NCBI RefSeq assembly: GCF_006345805.1 | Contig: NC_043002.1 | Span: forward strand, 30,318,001 to 30,382,000 | DNA: 64,000 nucleotides | Origin: Octopus sinensis | Lineage: Eukaryota | Direction: 5' to 3' | In this document: positions 52,762 to 64,000 of the stretch, piece after piece | How the letters are laid out: every line of letters begins with the position of its first letter | How positions within the stretch are numbered: the stretch's first letter is position 1 | Made by a program: the position numbers and the translations under genes | The notes under the pieces: generated by a model | Seen by the model: only the letters and a program-made list of their open reading frames with translations | The model's database searches: none | Told to the model about the DNA's origin: nothing

Positions 52762-52982
52762 GAAGGGGTATACATAAATATAGAGGGGACAAACAAGGAC
52801 ACACAAAGGGATTAAGTCGATTACATCGACCCCAGTGCGTAACTGGCACTTAATTTATCGACTCCGAAAGGATGAAAGGCAAAATCGACGTCAACGGAAT
52901 TTGAACTCAGAACGTAGCGGCAGACGAACTACCGCTAAGCATTTCGCCCGGTGTGTTAACGTTTCTGCCAGCTCGCCGCCTT
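52762..52982 (-). mobile_element. SINE family B
   Basis: Aligns with 14772-15020. Confidence 0.9.
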
Positions 52983-54244
52983 CAAGCTGAAATGTGATAT
53001 GAAAGCGGGTCTTTCCCTATTAGCAACGAATTAACGAAATAAAATCAGAACAAACATGCACTCATGCAAACATGCACGCATATAGACACATAAACACACA
53101 CACATTCATATATGCATACATTCATGAGGATTATCATGGTTAATGTATATCCCTTTTTCGTTTTCGAAGATTACCAAGACTCCACTTCCGCCTTGCAACC
53201 ATGTCGGCGACTGTACACTGCATCTGTGAGATGAAATGACCGAAGAGGCGTTATTTCATTATTGCACACGCGTACGTTTCTCCAACTGCGTCAGCTAAGG
53301 TTAGCGTTTGTCAGTGGTTTGAAGTTAAAGTTTTCAAGATCCAACATTGATTTTAAGTGGTTATGGTGATAGAAACTCGATATATTTCCAACAGTAGCTT
53401 CACCCTTAAGTTGACTGAAGGGAGTGGTACCATAGATATTGTTGAAAGACTTAACAAATAATTACTTGTTCTGATAAAAATGAAAAAAAAATTAATGTAT
53501 CTAAAGTGCAGTCAACTAAACCCACATTTGGCAAAATGCTATCTGGACAAAACGTGCAGAAAATTAGACAACAAAGTCCCACAAATTAAAATGAGAACAG
53601 GTTTGACCTATCTGTACAATAATATCTCTGTCAGTAAGAGTGGTGTGTAACTATATGGTTCTTCCCCACACACGATATGCACACACACACACACACACAT
53701 CGTACGTATATGTACATACGTAACTATTTACCTACCTACATAATATGCCCAATCTTAGATACTGGTCTTTCTACGAACATACATACATGCACACATACAT
53801 ACATACACACATACATAATACAGACAGACAGACATACTGACAGACAGACAAGCATACGTATATGCAGACATACATACATACATAAATACATACATACATG
53901 CATACATACATACATATATACACTTATGAAAACATGGTTATATGAAGAAGAAGACGAACAACATAAAAAATCAATAGCCATTAGCTGTTCAGAAATTAAA
54001 ATACAAATTGTGACAGCTCCCTGCTATATATTACATATAAGTAAATATTTACTCATATTTGGCTTTGATGCAACAGGATGTAATAAAAAAAAGGAAATAC
54101 AGTAGAGAACGAAACATAAATAAATCATAAACACACTCAACGAGACACAAATACAAACACAGACACTCACGCGCACATAGACTATTTTCAGATATGAATT
54201 TATGTTTGTGTTTATGATGTACAGCCAGTTAATGTTTATGTAAG

Positions 54245-55110
54245 CGGTTAGACGGCGAGTCGGCAGAATCGTTAGCACGCCGGGCCAAGTGCTTAGCAGA
54301 ATTTCGTCCAACTTTATGTTCTGAGTCCAAATTACGCTGAGGTCGACTTTACCTTTCATCCTTTCCAGGTCGATAAAATAAGTACCAGTTGAGCTCTGGG
54401 GTCGATGAAATCAAATTACCTAGCTACCCAAAATTGCTGACTTTATGTAAAAATTTGAAACCTAGGTGTGTATGTTAATTTAACTGTAATATTGATTTCA
54501 AATTTTGGCAAAATGCCAGTAGTTTCGGTGGTGGTTGTAAATCGATTACATCGATCCCAATAAGCTGGTACTTATTTTATCGATCCGCAAAAGATGACAG
54601 GTTAAGTCAGCGCTGGTGGCATTTGAACTCAGAAATTTAAGGCTGACGAAATGCTGCTTATTGGTTGCAAAAATTTTGACACCAGGGAAACGGTTTCATT
54701 GGAACGGTGAAGTCGAATACATCGACCGAGTAATCAATTGGTATATATTTTAACCAGCACGGAGGGATGAAATACAAGGTCGGCGCTGGTTGAATTCGAA
54801 CTCAGAACATTAGGCCGGATGAAATGCATCTCGCCCAACGTTCTAACAGTTCTGCTAGATCGCTGACTTGATTTAACCTTTAATATTAATGGATGTAAAG
54901 CCGACGAGCTGGCAGAATCGTTACTATACCTGGCAAAATGCTTAGTGGCACTACGTCCGACATTACGTTCAGAATTCAAATGCTGCCGGTTTCAACTTCG
55001 CCTTTTATTTCTTTCGTGGGCTCAAAAGAATAAGTAGCAACTGGACACAGAGGTCGATGTTTCCGACTTATCACTAGACTCGAAATTACTGGCTTTGTAC
55101 CAAGAAGTTT
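54245..55110. mobile_element. Cluster of four family B SINEs in +,-,-,+ orientation
   Basis: About 54245-54465 (+), 54500-54665 (-), 54700-54870 (-) and 54900-55110 (+), each with a recognisable head or core. Confidence 0.75.
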
Positions 55111-55394
55111 GATATCAATATTAGTGTGTGGTTATAAGTAGTATGATCGTAGATCTAAAGGGCAGTACAAATTTGTAAACAGCCATATCATGTGTGCTTC
55201 GAAAATTCACTTCACCACTATGTATTTACGGGTTCAATTCTGCTACGTGGTAAACACAGTGTCGAGCAATGCCTTCTGAGTGAATTTGATAGACTGAAAT
55301 AAAGTAGAAACGTGACACATGCCCTTTTTATTGTTCCAGTCATTGCACACACACATACACACAAACGCATGACTTATATATATATATATATATA

Positions 55395-56380
55395 TATTTG
55401 CTGATGACACTAAGCTCCAGCAAATCGTCAATGAAGAAGCAGACCGAACTCAACTCCAGTCTGATCTATATGCTGTGAGTCAATGGGCAGACAGAAACAA
55501 AATGCAACTGAATGAGGGAAAATTTGAGCTGATGCATTTTGGAAGAAATTCCTCACTAAAACAACCATACTCTCTTCCTTCAGGGGAACCGCTCACAGCC
55601 TCTAACAATATCAGAGACCTGGGTGTAATTGTTGATGACGATCTCAGTTGGAGTGCACTAATCAACAATAAGGCCGATATAGCTCGTAGGATGAGTTCCT
55701 GGATCTTAAGAACTTTCCGGTCCAGAGAACAAGGTGTCATCATACCACTTTTCTCCTCTGTACGGCCACACGTCGAATACTGCTGCCCACTGTGGTCTCC
55801 CCATACAAGATAAAACATCTCCAGGATTGAATCACCCAAGAGGGCACTCACTAAACGAATTGAAGGCATGGCTGCTCTCGATTATTGGGATCGCCTAAAA
55901 GCCTTGAAACTCTACTCTCTCTCCAGCGTCGCCGTGAGCGGTACATCATTTGTACGATGTGGAGAATATACCGCCAACTTTGCCCAAACGACCTGAACAT
56001 TAGCTTCAAGGTACATCCAAGACTGGGACCACGGGCCATACGTCCCCTGCCCAATTCAAGATCACAGCATATATGTACACTGCAACATAATTCCTTTTCC
56101 TCAACGGGCCCTGCCCTATTTAACATTGTCCCGAAAGAGATCAAAGAGGAAAAGGATCCCATCAACTTTAAACGGAGTCTGGATAGATTCCTTCAAGGAA
56201 TTCCAGATAATCCACCCATAATTGGATACAACTAACCCAACAAAAACTCACTACTTGAATGGACCATAAACAAAACTTGACTTAAACAGGATTTAGATAA
56301 CCCTATCAGGTGGTGCTATTAAGTTAGACGTGGCCTGGACCAATCTTTGTCGAAACATATCTAAGTTTTATCTAAGTTTT
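55395..56380 (+). pseudogene. CR1-group LINE 3' end (RT C-terminus and 3' UTR), 5'-truncated, inside (TA)n
   Basis: YIFADDTKL...LQSDL..VSQWADRNKMQLNEGKF...IRDLGVIVDDDLSW...VRPHVEYCCPLWSP...LKLYSL-QRRRERY...FKRSLDRFLQGIPDNP; ends in (TCTAAGTTTTA)2. Confidence 0.9.
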
Positions 56381-56416
56381 ATATATATATAGGCATGTAT
56401 ATATATATATATATAT

Positions 56417-56476
<60 letters not shown>

Positions 56477-57742
56477 GAGGGGTTCGACAAAATAATGGAA
56501 ACACCTTAAAATTTCAAAACAAAGTTATTTTAATTTTTTTAATATGTGGTAGGACCTCATTTGGCAGTAATTACAGCTTGAATTCTACGAGGTATGAACT
56601 CGTACACAGTTTGAATTGTTTCCAAAGGAATTTTTCTCCATTCTTCAGCTAAAACAGTCTCCAGGTCTTCTAGAGATGATGGTGGCGAATATTGACTCTT
56701 TACTTGTTTTTTCTAAAATGCGCTATAAATGTTCAATAATATTGAGATCTGGGGACTGTGGTGGCCAGATAAGATGTTCAACTTAACTAGTGTTCCTCGT
56801 GCTATTCAGCATAAACTTTAGCTGTGTGAATTGGTGCATTATCATCCTGAAAGATTGCATTTCCCCCCGGAAACAGTTCCAGAAGCATAAGATGAATCTG
56901 GTCAGATAAAATGCTTAAACAGTCATGGCTATTAATAATGCCATGAAGGGAAACCTTTGGGCCGGCAGATTTCCAAGATGTAGCCCCCACCCCACCTCAG
57001 ATCATTACAGATCATCTTCCATGTTTAACAGTTGGATGATGGCCGTCTGGGTCAAATACTTCTTTTGGCTGTCTCCACACGTATACTTGGCCGGTAGCCA
57101 TAAATAAGGCAAAGGATGACTCGTCCGAGAAAATAATATTCTTCCACTACTCTAGGGACCAATTCTGAAGGTTTTTACTCCAATCTAAACACTTTGCAAA
57201 ATTTGTCTTTGAAAGTAGTGGTTTTTCTGATTGCAGTCCTCCCGTGAAATCCAGCTTTGCGGAAACTGAGTTCTCGAGGTGGTCATTAAGCTCCGCAGTA
57301 ATTTTGGGAGCTGTCCTTTTGTGATCCTTTCTAACATTTCGCGTAAGGTCCGACTATCCCTATCTGTATGTTTTGGTTTTCTTCCGAAGTTCTGTTTCGA
57401 CGAGGAGGTTTTTCCTTCTTTCTCAAAGGCTGTCATTACTTTTGAGACAGTATTTCTTGATACACCAAACATTTCAGCTGTTTTCGTTACGCTAGCGCCA
57501 GTCGTATGAGCAACAACAATTTAACCTCTTTGAAAGTTCGACAGATCTGTCATTTTAATGAATTGTAATTACCTTTTTCTGATGATATCTGAAAAGAAAC
57601 AGCAATTTTAGCTAAGCATATTAAACAACACTAATAATGAATAAAAAAACATAAAAATAAACAAGCTTTTGACGGTTTTATCGATATTTCAAAATTATGA
57701 TGCTATGATGCTTGGTGATTCCATTATTTTGTCGAACCACTG
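56477..57742 (-). mobile_element. Full-length Tc1-like (DD34E) DNA transposon, about 1.27 kb
   Basis: 29-bp TIRs at 56477-56505 and 57714-57742 (GGTTCGACAAAATAATGGAA core), flanked by TA inside (TA)n. Confidence 0.9.
56539..57553 (-). pseudogene. Tc1 transposase with stops and frameshifts
   Basis: MTDLSNFQRG...GVSRNTVSK (HTH), FSDESSF, FQDDNAPIH, WPPQSPDLNIIEHL, IPRRIQAVITAK*GPTTY. Confidence 0.9.
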
Positions 57743-57835
57743 TATATATATGCATATATATATATATATATATTATATTAAATTAGATTTTTCCCTGTAA
57801 GTTTGGATTTATTCCCTAATATTTATTATTAATTT

Positions 57836-57882
<47 letters not shown>

Positions 57883-58299
57883 ATATATATATAATGTCAC
57901 TGTGACACGCACTCAAATATCATATTAACCACTGACACACTTCTGTTGTCAGTAATGAACTCGGTATCGATCAAGAAGAAACAGGTCACTTCTCAGCCGC
58001 CTCCTCTCTCTCCTCATCTTTCTTCTCCCTCTCTCTCTCCCTTCTATCTTTCCTCTTCTCTCTCTTGTATGTCTGTCAGTCCCTCTGCAGTTTGTCAGTC
58101 TGTCTGTATGGCTGTCAGTCATCATTCATTACACCCCTCTATCTTAACCCTGCCGTTTCCACACTCTTTTGTTTTGTGTATGTCTTTTTTTTTCTTTCAT
58201 TATTTATTTAACAGTTGTTGTTGTTTTTAAATCGATTACGTTAGTAGGTTAATGCTGAGAATCAGGTTAATCCTGGCATTGATGGGGACTAATAATAAC

Positions 58300-58323
58300 A
58301 AAAATATTACCATCATCACAACC

Positions 58324-58354
<31 letters not shown>

Positions 58355-58545
58355 CTCATAACATCATCTTCATCACTAACACTTACCACCATCCACACCA
58401 CCATTTCCATTACCATCACCACCATCAAGATCAGCAACCACTATCAACATCACCACCATGGTCATCATCAGCGTCGCCACCACCACAACCACCACCACCA
58501 CCACCACCACCAGTACCATCACCACCGCCACCATCACCAGTCTAA
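58300..58545. repeat. Imperfect (CAC)n/(CAT)n/(AAC)n triplet array
   Basis: Direct. Confidence 0.85.
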
Positions 58546-59351
58546 ATAAAAATAGTATGATCATGATTCTCATCGCCAAAACAATCATAATAAATACCAT
58601 CGTTCAATACACAAACACACATACACACACAGAAACACACACATACATCCATGTTGTGGTTAACAGGTTTCTAAGAGACCAATCCTTAGTTCACTTAATA
58701 TAATTTTTGACGGAAACTCTGATAAGGGACGATGTTTTAATTGTTGAATCTCAAGGGACTTCATTTCGAAATACAGGTTTTATGATCCTGTTTTTTGTAT
58801 GTTTTTAATACGCTGGCAACACATACATACACATTTCAAAGAATAAGCAAATTACGTGTATTAGTGTGTGTGCGCGCGTGTGTGTATGTGTGTGTGTGTG
58901 TATGAGTGTACATGCTGTAGCGTGAAATTAGAGTCACGAGACAAGCTCTCAGTTTCAATTTAAATAGAGACCATATCCTCTACAATATCTCTTGAGCACT
59001 CCTTTCTTATTTGTCCGACATTAAAAAAACGTACATCTCTCTCTCCCCCTCTCTCTCTCTCTACACACACACACACACACATTCCGTAGACTATAATTAT
59101 AAGCTTAAAAGCGATAATTGTGTATTGCCCCCCCCCCCCCAAAAAAAAACAACCTAAAATTTGGAAATGTAAGCCCTCGACGGAATGAAGTGGGTATTAG
59201 AACGCAGGGGAATTGAACTTAGAAGTCTTATAATCGCCATATTATAACCGATTACACGAACCTAAACACCAACACCCTTCTATTAGATAATTTCATACTA
59301 CTGTTTTCTCATGCGTAGTAATATTCACTTTTCCGTTGAGGGCTTATATAC

Positions 59352-59515
59352 TCCGAGTATTATATACCCCAGTATTATATATAACCCCAATATTATATAT
59401 ACCCCAGTATTAGATACGCCCAGTATTAAATATACCACCAGTATTATATACACCCCAGTATCATAAATACCCCCAGTACTATATATACCCTAGTATTATA
59501 TACCCCTAGTATTAG
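59352..59515. repeat. Minisatellite, about 18-21-bp unit CCCCAGTATTATATATA, about 9 copies
   Basis: Direct tandem units, each containing the AGTATTA core. Confidence 0.85.
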
Positions 59516-60574
59516 ACTATTTCCTTCAGACGATACATGATTATCACCATTAATAATAATAATTATAAGCTTAAAAGCTTATAATAATTATTATTATTTA
59601 CAGAATTTTCACTCGTCACTGCGTTTCCAGTTAACACAGTGACTGCACATATTTGTTTATTTAAAAAAAAAAGTATGAAATTATATCTCTTAAATCTAGC
59701 GGAAAGGCGTTGGTGGGTAGGTTGGTGTAATCGGATAGCACACTTATCGCGAGGATAAGATGTGTGAGTTCGATTCCTCTCCACTGAGGGCTTATGTGAG
59801 CCAATATTAGACTATTTTCTCTCTATATAAACATTAATGGGAGAAAATGGGTCGAATATTCTTTATTACATATCACTATAATTGTTTCAATAAATCCTTA
59901 CCCGCTGTTCATTGGTGAATGTTCCATGTAGTATAAATAGCAGACAGTGTTGATTACTACTAATGAACAATATCGGCAGATGCAACTCTTCAGCTGAGTA
60001 TAGTAAGAGTCTCTTTTATACTCACACATGTATATGTGTGTGTGTGTGTGACTTAAATATGTTTTGGTCTATATAATCTCAGACCATGTCTAGCTATTAG
60101 CACCATCTGTTAAAGGATTGGAGTTATGATTAGGTCATGTTTTGTCACCATATTCCAGTTAGATTTGCTTTTGGTTACACTTTTTTTCGATGAGATGGTT
60201 TTCTGGTATTCTTCAATGAATTTGTCCAGAATTTCTAGTATTCTTGGAAGAATTTGGAGGCTTTGGGACCATTTTCTTTCCTGATTTGCGTTGTCGAGGC
60301 CGTCTAGTTGTGTCACAGTATGTTATTTTCTGCAGTTAATCTTATTTTTATAAAAGGCATATGGGACAGACTCCCAACCCTGTGCAATATATTCATGCGT
60401 GTTCTGAAAGGTCATTCTAACAACACGGTTGACATATTTTTGACATAATGTGGAGGGTGTTACATTCACAGCAACGCCAAAAGGAACAGAGCTCATCTAA
60501 AAAATCATGACTTGTCAGTCATTTATTAATTTTTTAGAATTTCTGTTTATTTTTAATTAACTCTAATTATCTTC

Positions 60575-60740
60575 TGTTTAGTATAGGTCTAGTATGGGGG
60601 CGGCGGTAACAGTATTCCAGATGTGGCCACCTCAGTTTGTTGTTACAGCGAGCGTTCTAATTGAGGCTTTCATCATCAATTATTTCTAAGAACCTGATAT
60701 TGTTAGATGTCATGAGCGACCACCTTGAAATTAGAGAATA
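60575..60740 (-). pseudogene. CR1-group RT fragment with internal deletion
   Basis: SNNIRFLEIIDDESLN*...NNK joined to PHLEYC...PHTR, matching the 55.6-55.8 kb copy. Confidence 0.55.
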
Positions 60741-60800
60741 TAGTTTTTGAAGTATATTTTGATTTTCTACAAGCATGAGTTCAAATTTATTTTTGATATA

Positions 60801-61929
60801 CGAAGACGAACCCAGACGAAACCGGAATTTTGAAATATTATTTTATTCACTCAGTTTTACATGTTTACACTTTTATCGTCTTCGAAATATTCTCCATTTG
60901 AAGCAATGCATCGGTCCAGGCGCGTTTTCCACTGTTCGAAGCAATGCTGGAACTCTTGGGCAGTGATGTGTTTTAACACCACAGTCGATCATTTCTTCGC
61001 CAGTTCCACATCTGCAGATTCCGTAGCACCACCTTTCGTCACTAGTGATGACTTTCGAAAAAAGGTCCAGATCAACTTCCAACTGTTCTTTCAGTTCACG
61101 ATACGCATTCTCATCATGACTGCCTTTGATCTTCCGCGAGCAAGCGAGGCACAAATTTTGTTGCAATTCTTTCATTCACAATTTCTCGCAGAAAATCAGT
61201 TGGCAGGGGTTCCAGAACACACCGCTCATATCGATATGTTCGTCAATTGTTCTGTGGCGGTCCTCTAAAAACGGTTCTTGTTTATTCATAATAATTTCAT
61301 TCATTCGGGAGGTCGACAGCCGTAATGCACAAGGTTGGTCATCAAGTGAAAAGTGACCATTTCTGAAGTGTGAAAACCACTCATAAAAATATGTCTTGCT
61401 AGTGGCAGCTTCGGCTGCCGTTTGCTCTCGCAGCTCCAGGACACACCAGACATATCAACATATTCGTCAATGCTTCGGTGACGGTCCTTCAAGATCAGTT
61501 CATAAATTTTCATGATTTTTCCTTCGTTCGGGAGGTCGACGGTCACCTTGAACGAAATTGGTCTTCAAGCGACAAGTGACCATTCCTAAAGCATGGAAAC
61601 CACTCGTAAACTTGTGTTTTGCTCATGGCAGCGTCATTTTAAGCTGTTTGAAGCATGACAGTGGTTCCGACCACCATTTTCTCTAGTAGAGAACAGAATC
61701 TCACGGACGTATGCTTTGCTTTCGTTTTATGCCATCACAAAAATCGACGATCAGGGAAGAAACACTGCAAAACAAAGACAGACTAGGTGGCAGTACGAAT
61801 TCAGTTGACGACGCTGGTCGGCATACTGGTGCCTGAGGTTTGCAGCCAGTATCATCTAGCGGAGGAAGCATGAACTACAATAGGCTTGTATCACAGAGAA
61901 CGTTTACATTTACTTTAGGGTACCCCTCG
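60801..61929 (-). mobile_element. mariner-type element with internal duplication and catalytic-domain deletion
   Basis: AMSKTQVYEWF...FRNGHLSLED..RS..PSTSRT occurs twice; DLFSKVITSDERWCYG is joined directly to the C-terminal EFQHCFEQWKTRLDRCIASNGEYFEDD; terminus ACGAGGGGTACCC at about 61918-61930. Confidence 0.8.
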
Positions 61930-62009
61930 TGTGTGTGTGTATATACACAAAAACACGCACAAAGACGCACACACACACGTACGCACACAAACACAAACAC
62001 ACACACACA

Positions 62010-62073
<64 letters not shown>

Positions 62074-62639
62074 GAGAAAAATAAGTATTTTACCCATAGT
62101 AGAGTCATAAAGCAATGAAACGTAGTTGAATATACGCTTTCAGAAAGTTTATTTATAATTGCCGAACCGGTTTCACAATTTTTCAGATTCTCCATAGTAA
62201 TGAGATATGGACAATCCTGTAGTTCTACTATATCTGTCGCAAATAAATATTTAGTCCAGACGAATACAATATAGTTCCATTTTTTCTTATTTGCTTTCTC
62301 TTTTTTTTTTGTGGGTGGGGGTTAATGGTAATTTTCTACACAGTACTTGTTTCTTTTATTTGTTGGTTTTCAAATTGGTGTGTTATTTTGAAAAACAAGC
62401 GACCACAAAAATCAAGAAAAAGAAAAATGAAGAAGAAGAAAAGCAAACAATTTAGTTTTATAAAAGCTGACGGTAAACAAGTTGTAACTAACGAAATGGA
62501 ATTAAGACGCAGACTTGTGACGAAACATGTTGACACATCATAATAGAGTGTAATAGGGAAGCATAAATGAAAATTGAGTAAAACATTTCTTTGTTTCTAA
62601 ACGGCTAAAATTACACTTCTGGTCTCTCTTGTACTCGTC

Positions 62640-62701
<62 letters not shown>

Positions 62702-62939
62702 CATTTCTTCTCCTCTCTCCTCTCCTCTTTCTTGTATGTGTTTAGTCATACGTAGAAGCATAATAATTACGTGCACTGACGCTCGCATGCATATATATAT
62801 ATATCAAAAGGTAATATTTATCCCTGCTAATTATACATACATACATATGTGTGCGTGTGTGTGTGTGCGTGTGAGAGAGAGTGCGTATATATATATTTAT
62901 ATCCATGCATATGCATATGTATGTGTATGCGTGTTGGTA

Positions 62940-62969
62940 TATATGTGTGTGTATGTATATATACATATG

Positions 62970-63000
<31 letters not shown>

Positions 63001-63043
63001 TATATATATGTGCGTGTGTGTGAGTATATATACGTATGTGTGT

Positions 63044-63123
<80 letters not shown>

Positions 63124-63347
63124 CACACACATATTTATATGCATATATATTATCAACTTTCAAATATTTCCTTTTTTCCGCAATAGTTTTTTAAAACAAT
63201 TTGAATCTATTATCATATATCTATGTGTGTGTGTGCGTGTGCATTTGTGTGTACGCCAGTATATAAGTAGACATATATGTATGCTTTTATACATATTTGT
63301 GCACGTATATACATATATACCTACATACATATATATATATATACATA

Positions 63348-63395
<48 letters not shown>

Positions 63396-63398
63396 CAT

Positions 63399-63430
<32 letters not shown>

Positions 63431-63480
63431 TATATATATATATATATTATATATAATATATATATATATATATACTCATA
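62940..63480. repeat. (TA)n/(CA)n microsatellite-rich block
   Basis: Direct; explains the long IY/CV ORFs. Confidence 0.9.
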
Positions 63481-64000
63481 CATAGATATACATATACTCA
63501 TACATATACATACATATGTATATAAATATATACATATGGATACTAATACATATCGCACAAAGGCACAGAGGGAAATATAGCTATGCCTCTGCTCTTTCAT
63601 ACATATATGCTAATTATCTGAATGTCTTCCGGCCGTGTAAAGCAGATGTGATGTCGGCAACACATAGTGACAGTTGATTACAGATTGTAATTTCCATTTT
63701 ACTCCTAGACTTTCCCACGATATATTATAGGTGGCGGCCATTTTGTTTTTGCTAAACCCAGCTTTCAGTCTCCAGGAAATTACGTAGTTTCGTCTACACA
63801 TACACACATATTACGTATTTTACATCTGCATACATACTGACATGTACACAGAAACTCTCACACAAACATACACACACATACACAAGCACACACACACACA
63901 CACACATATATATATACAAGTAAACTACATAATATATGCGCATACCCAGAAACTCATGGACGCTCACTCGTACACACGTCTGTATATATATGTGTTTGTG

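Noticed and set aside
56612-56650. Minus-strand CTGAAGA...GAAAC
   Set aside because: It lies in frame within the Tc1 transposase (AEEWRKIPLET) and is a coincidence of codons.
59352-59515. CRISPR-like array
   Set aside because: The units are directly tandem with no unique spacers, the context is eukaryotic and there are no cas genes.
63722-63735. GGCGGCCATTTTG, a YY1-like motif
   Set aside because: A single short motif with no supporting promoter context.

Overview
AT-rich eukaryotic genomic DNA with very dense microsatellites. It is most likely from an octopus or other coleoid cephalopod; this is inferred from the SINE families and repeat landscape, not from a search. I cannot support any host protein-coding gene, and nearly all ORFs in the supplied track are translations of (TA)n, (CA)n, (TATC)n or triplet repeats. 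The window holds about 25 copies or fragments of three or four tRNA-derived SINE families, decayed LINE fragments (Tx1/L1-type, CR1-group, R4/Dong-type), five Tc1/mariner relics (one full length) and a Penelope-like (PLE) reverse-transcriptase relic. The most notable signal is a set of non-coding elements carrying type I hammerhead-ribozyme (HHR) motifs, mostly bordered by (TA)n tracts. One is a 546-bp monomer with 19-bp terminal direct repeats, arranged as an inverted dimer with about 470-bp arms (5681-6800). A diverged relative at 46.7-47.3 kb shows compensatory changes in the HHR stems and has its own inversion. A second family of about 130-170 bp with a minimal HHR occurs three to four times. 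Together these resemble non-autonomous PLE or retrozyme-like RNAs. All alignments, translations and RNA folds were done by eye, and element boundaries are approximate.
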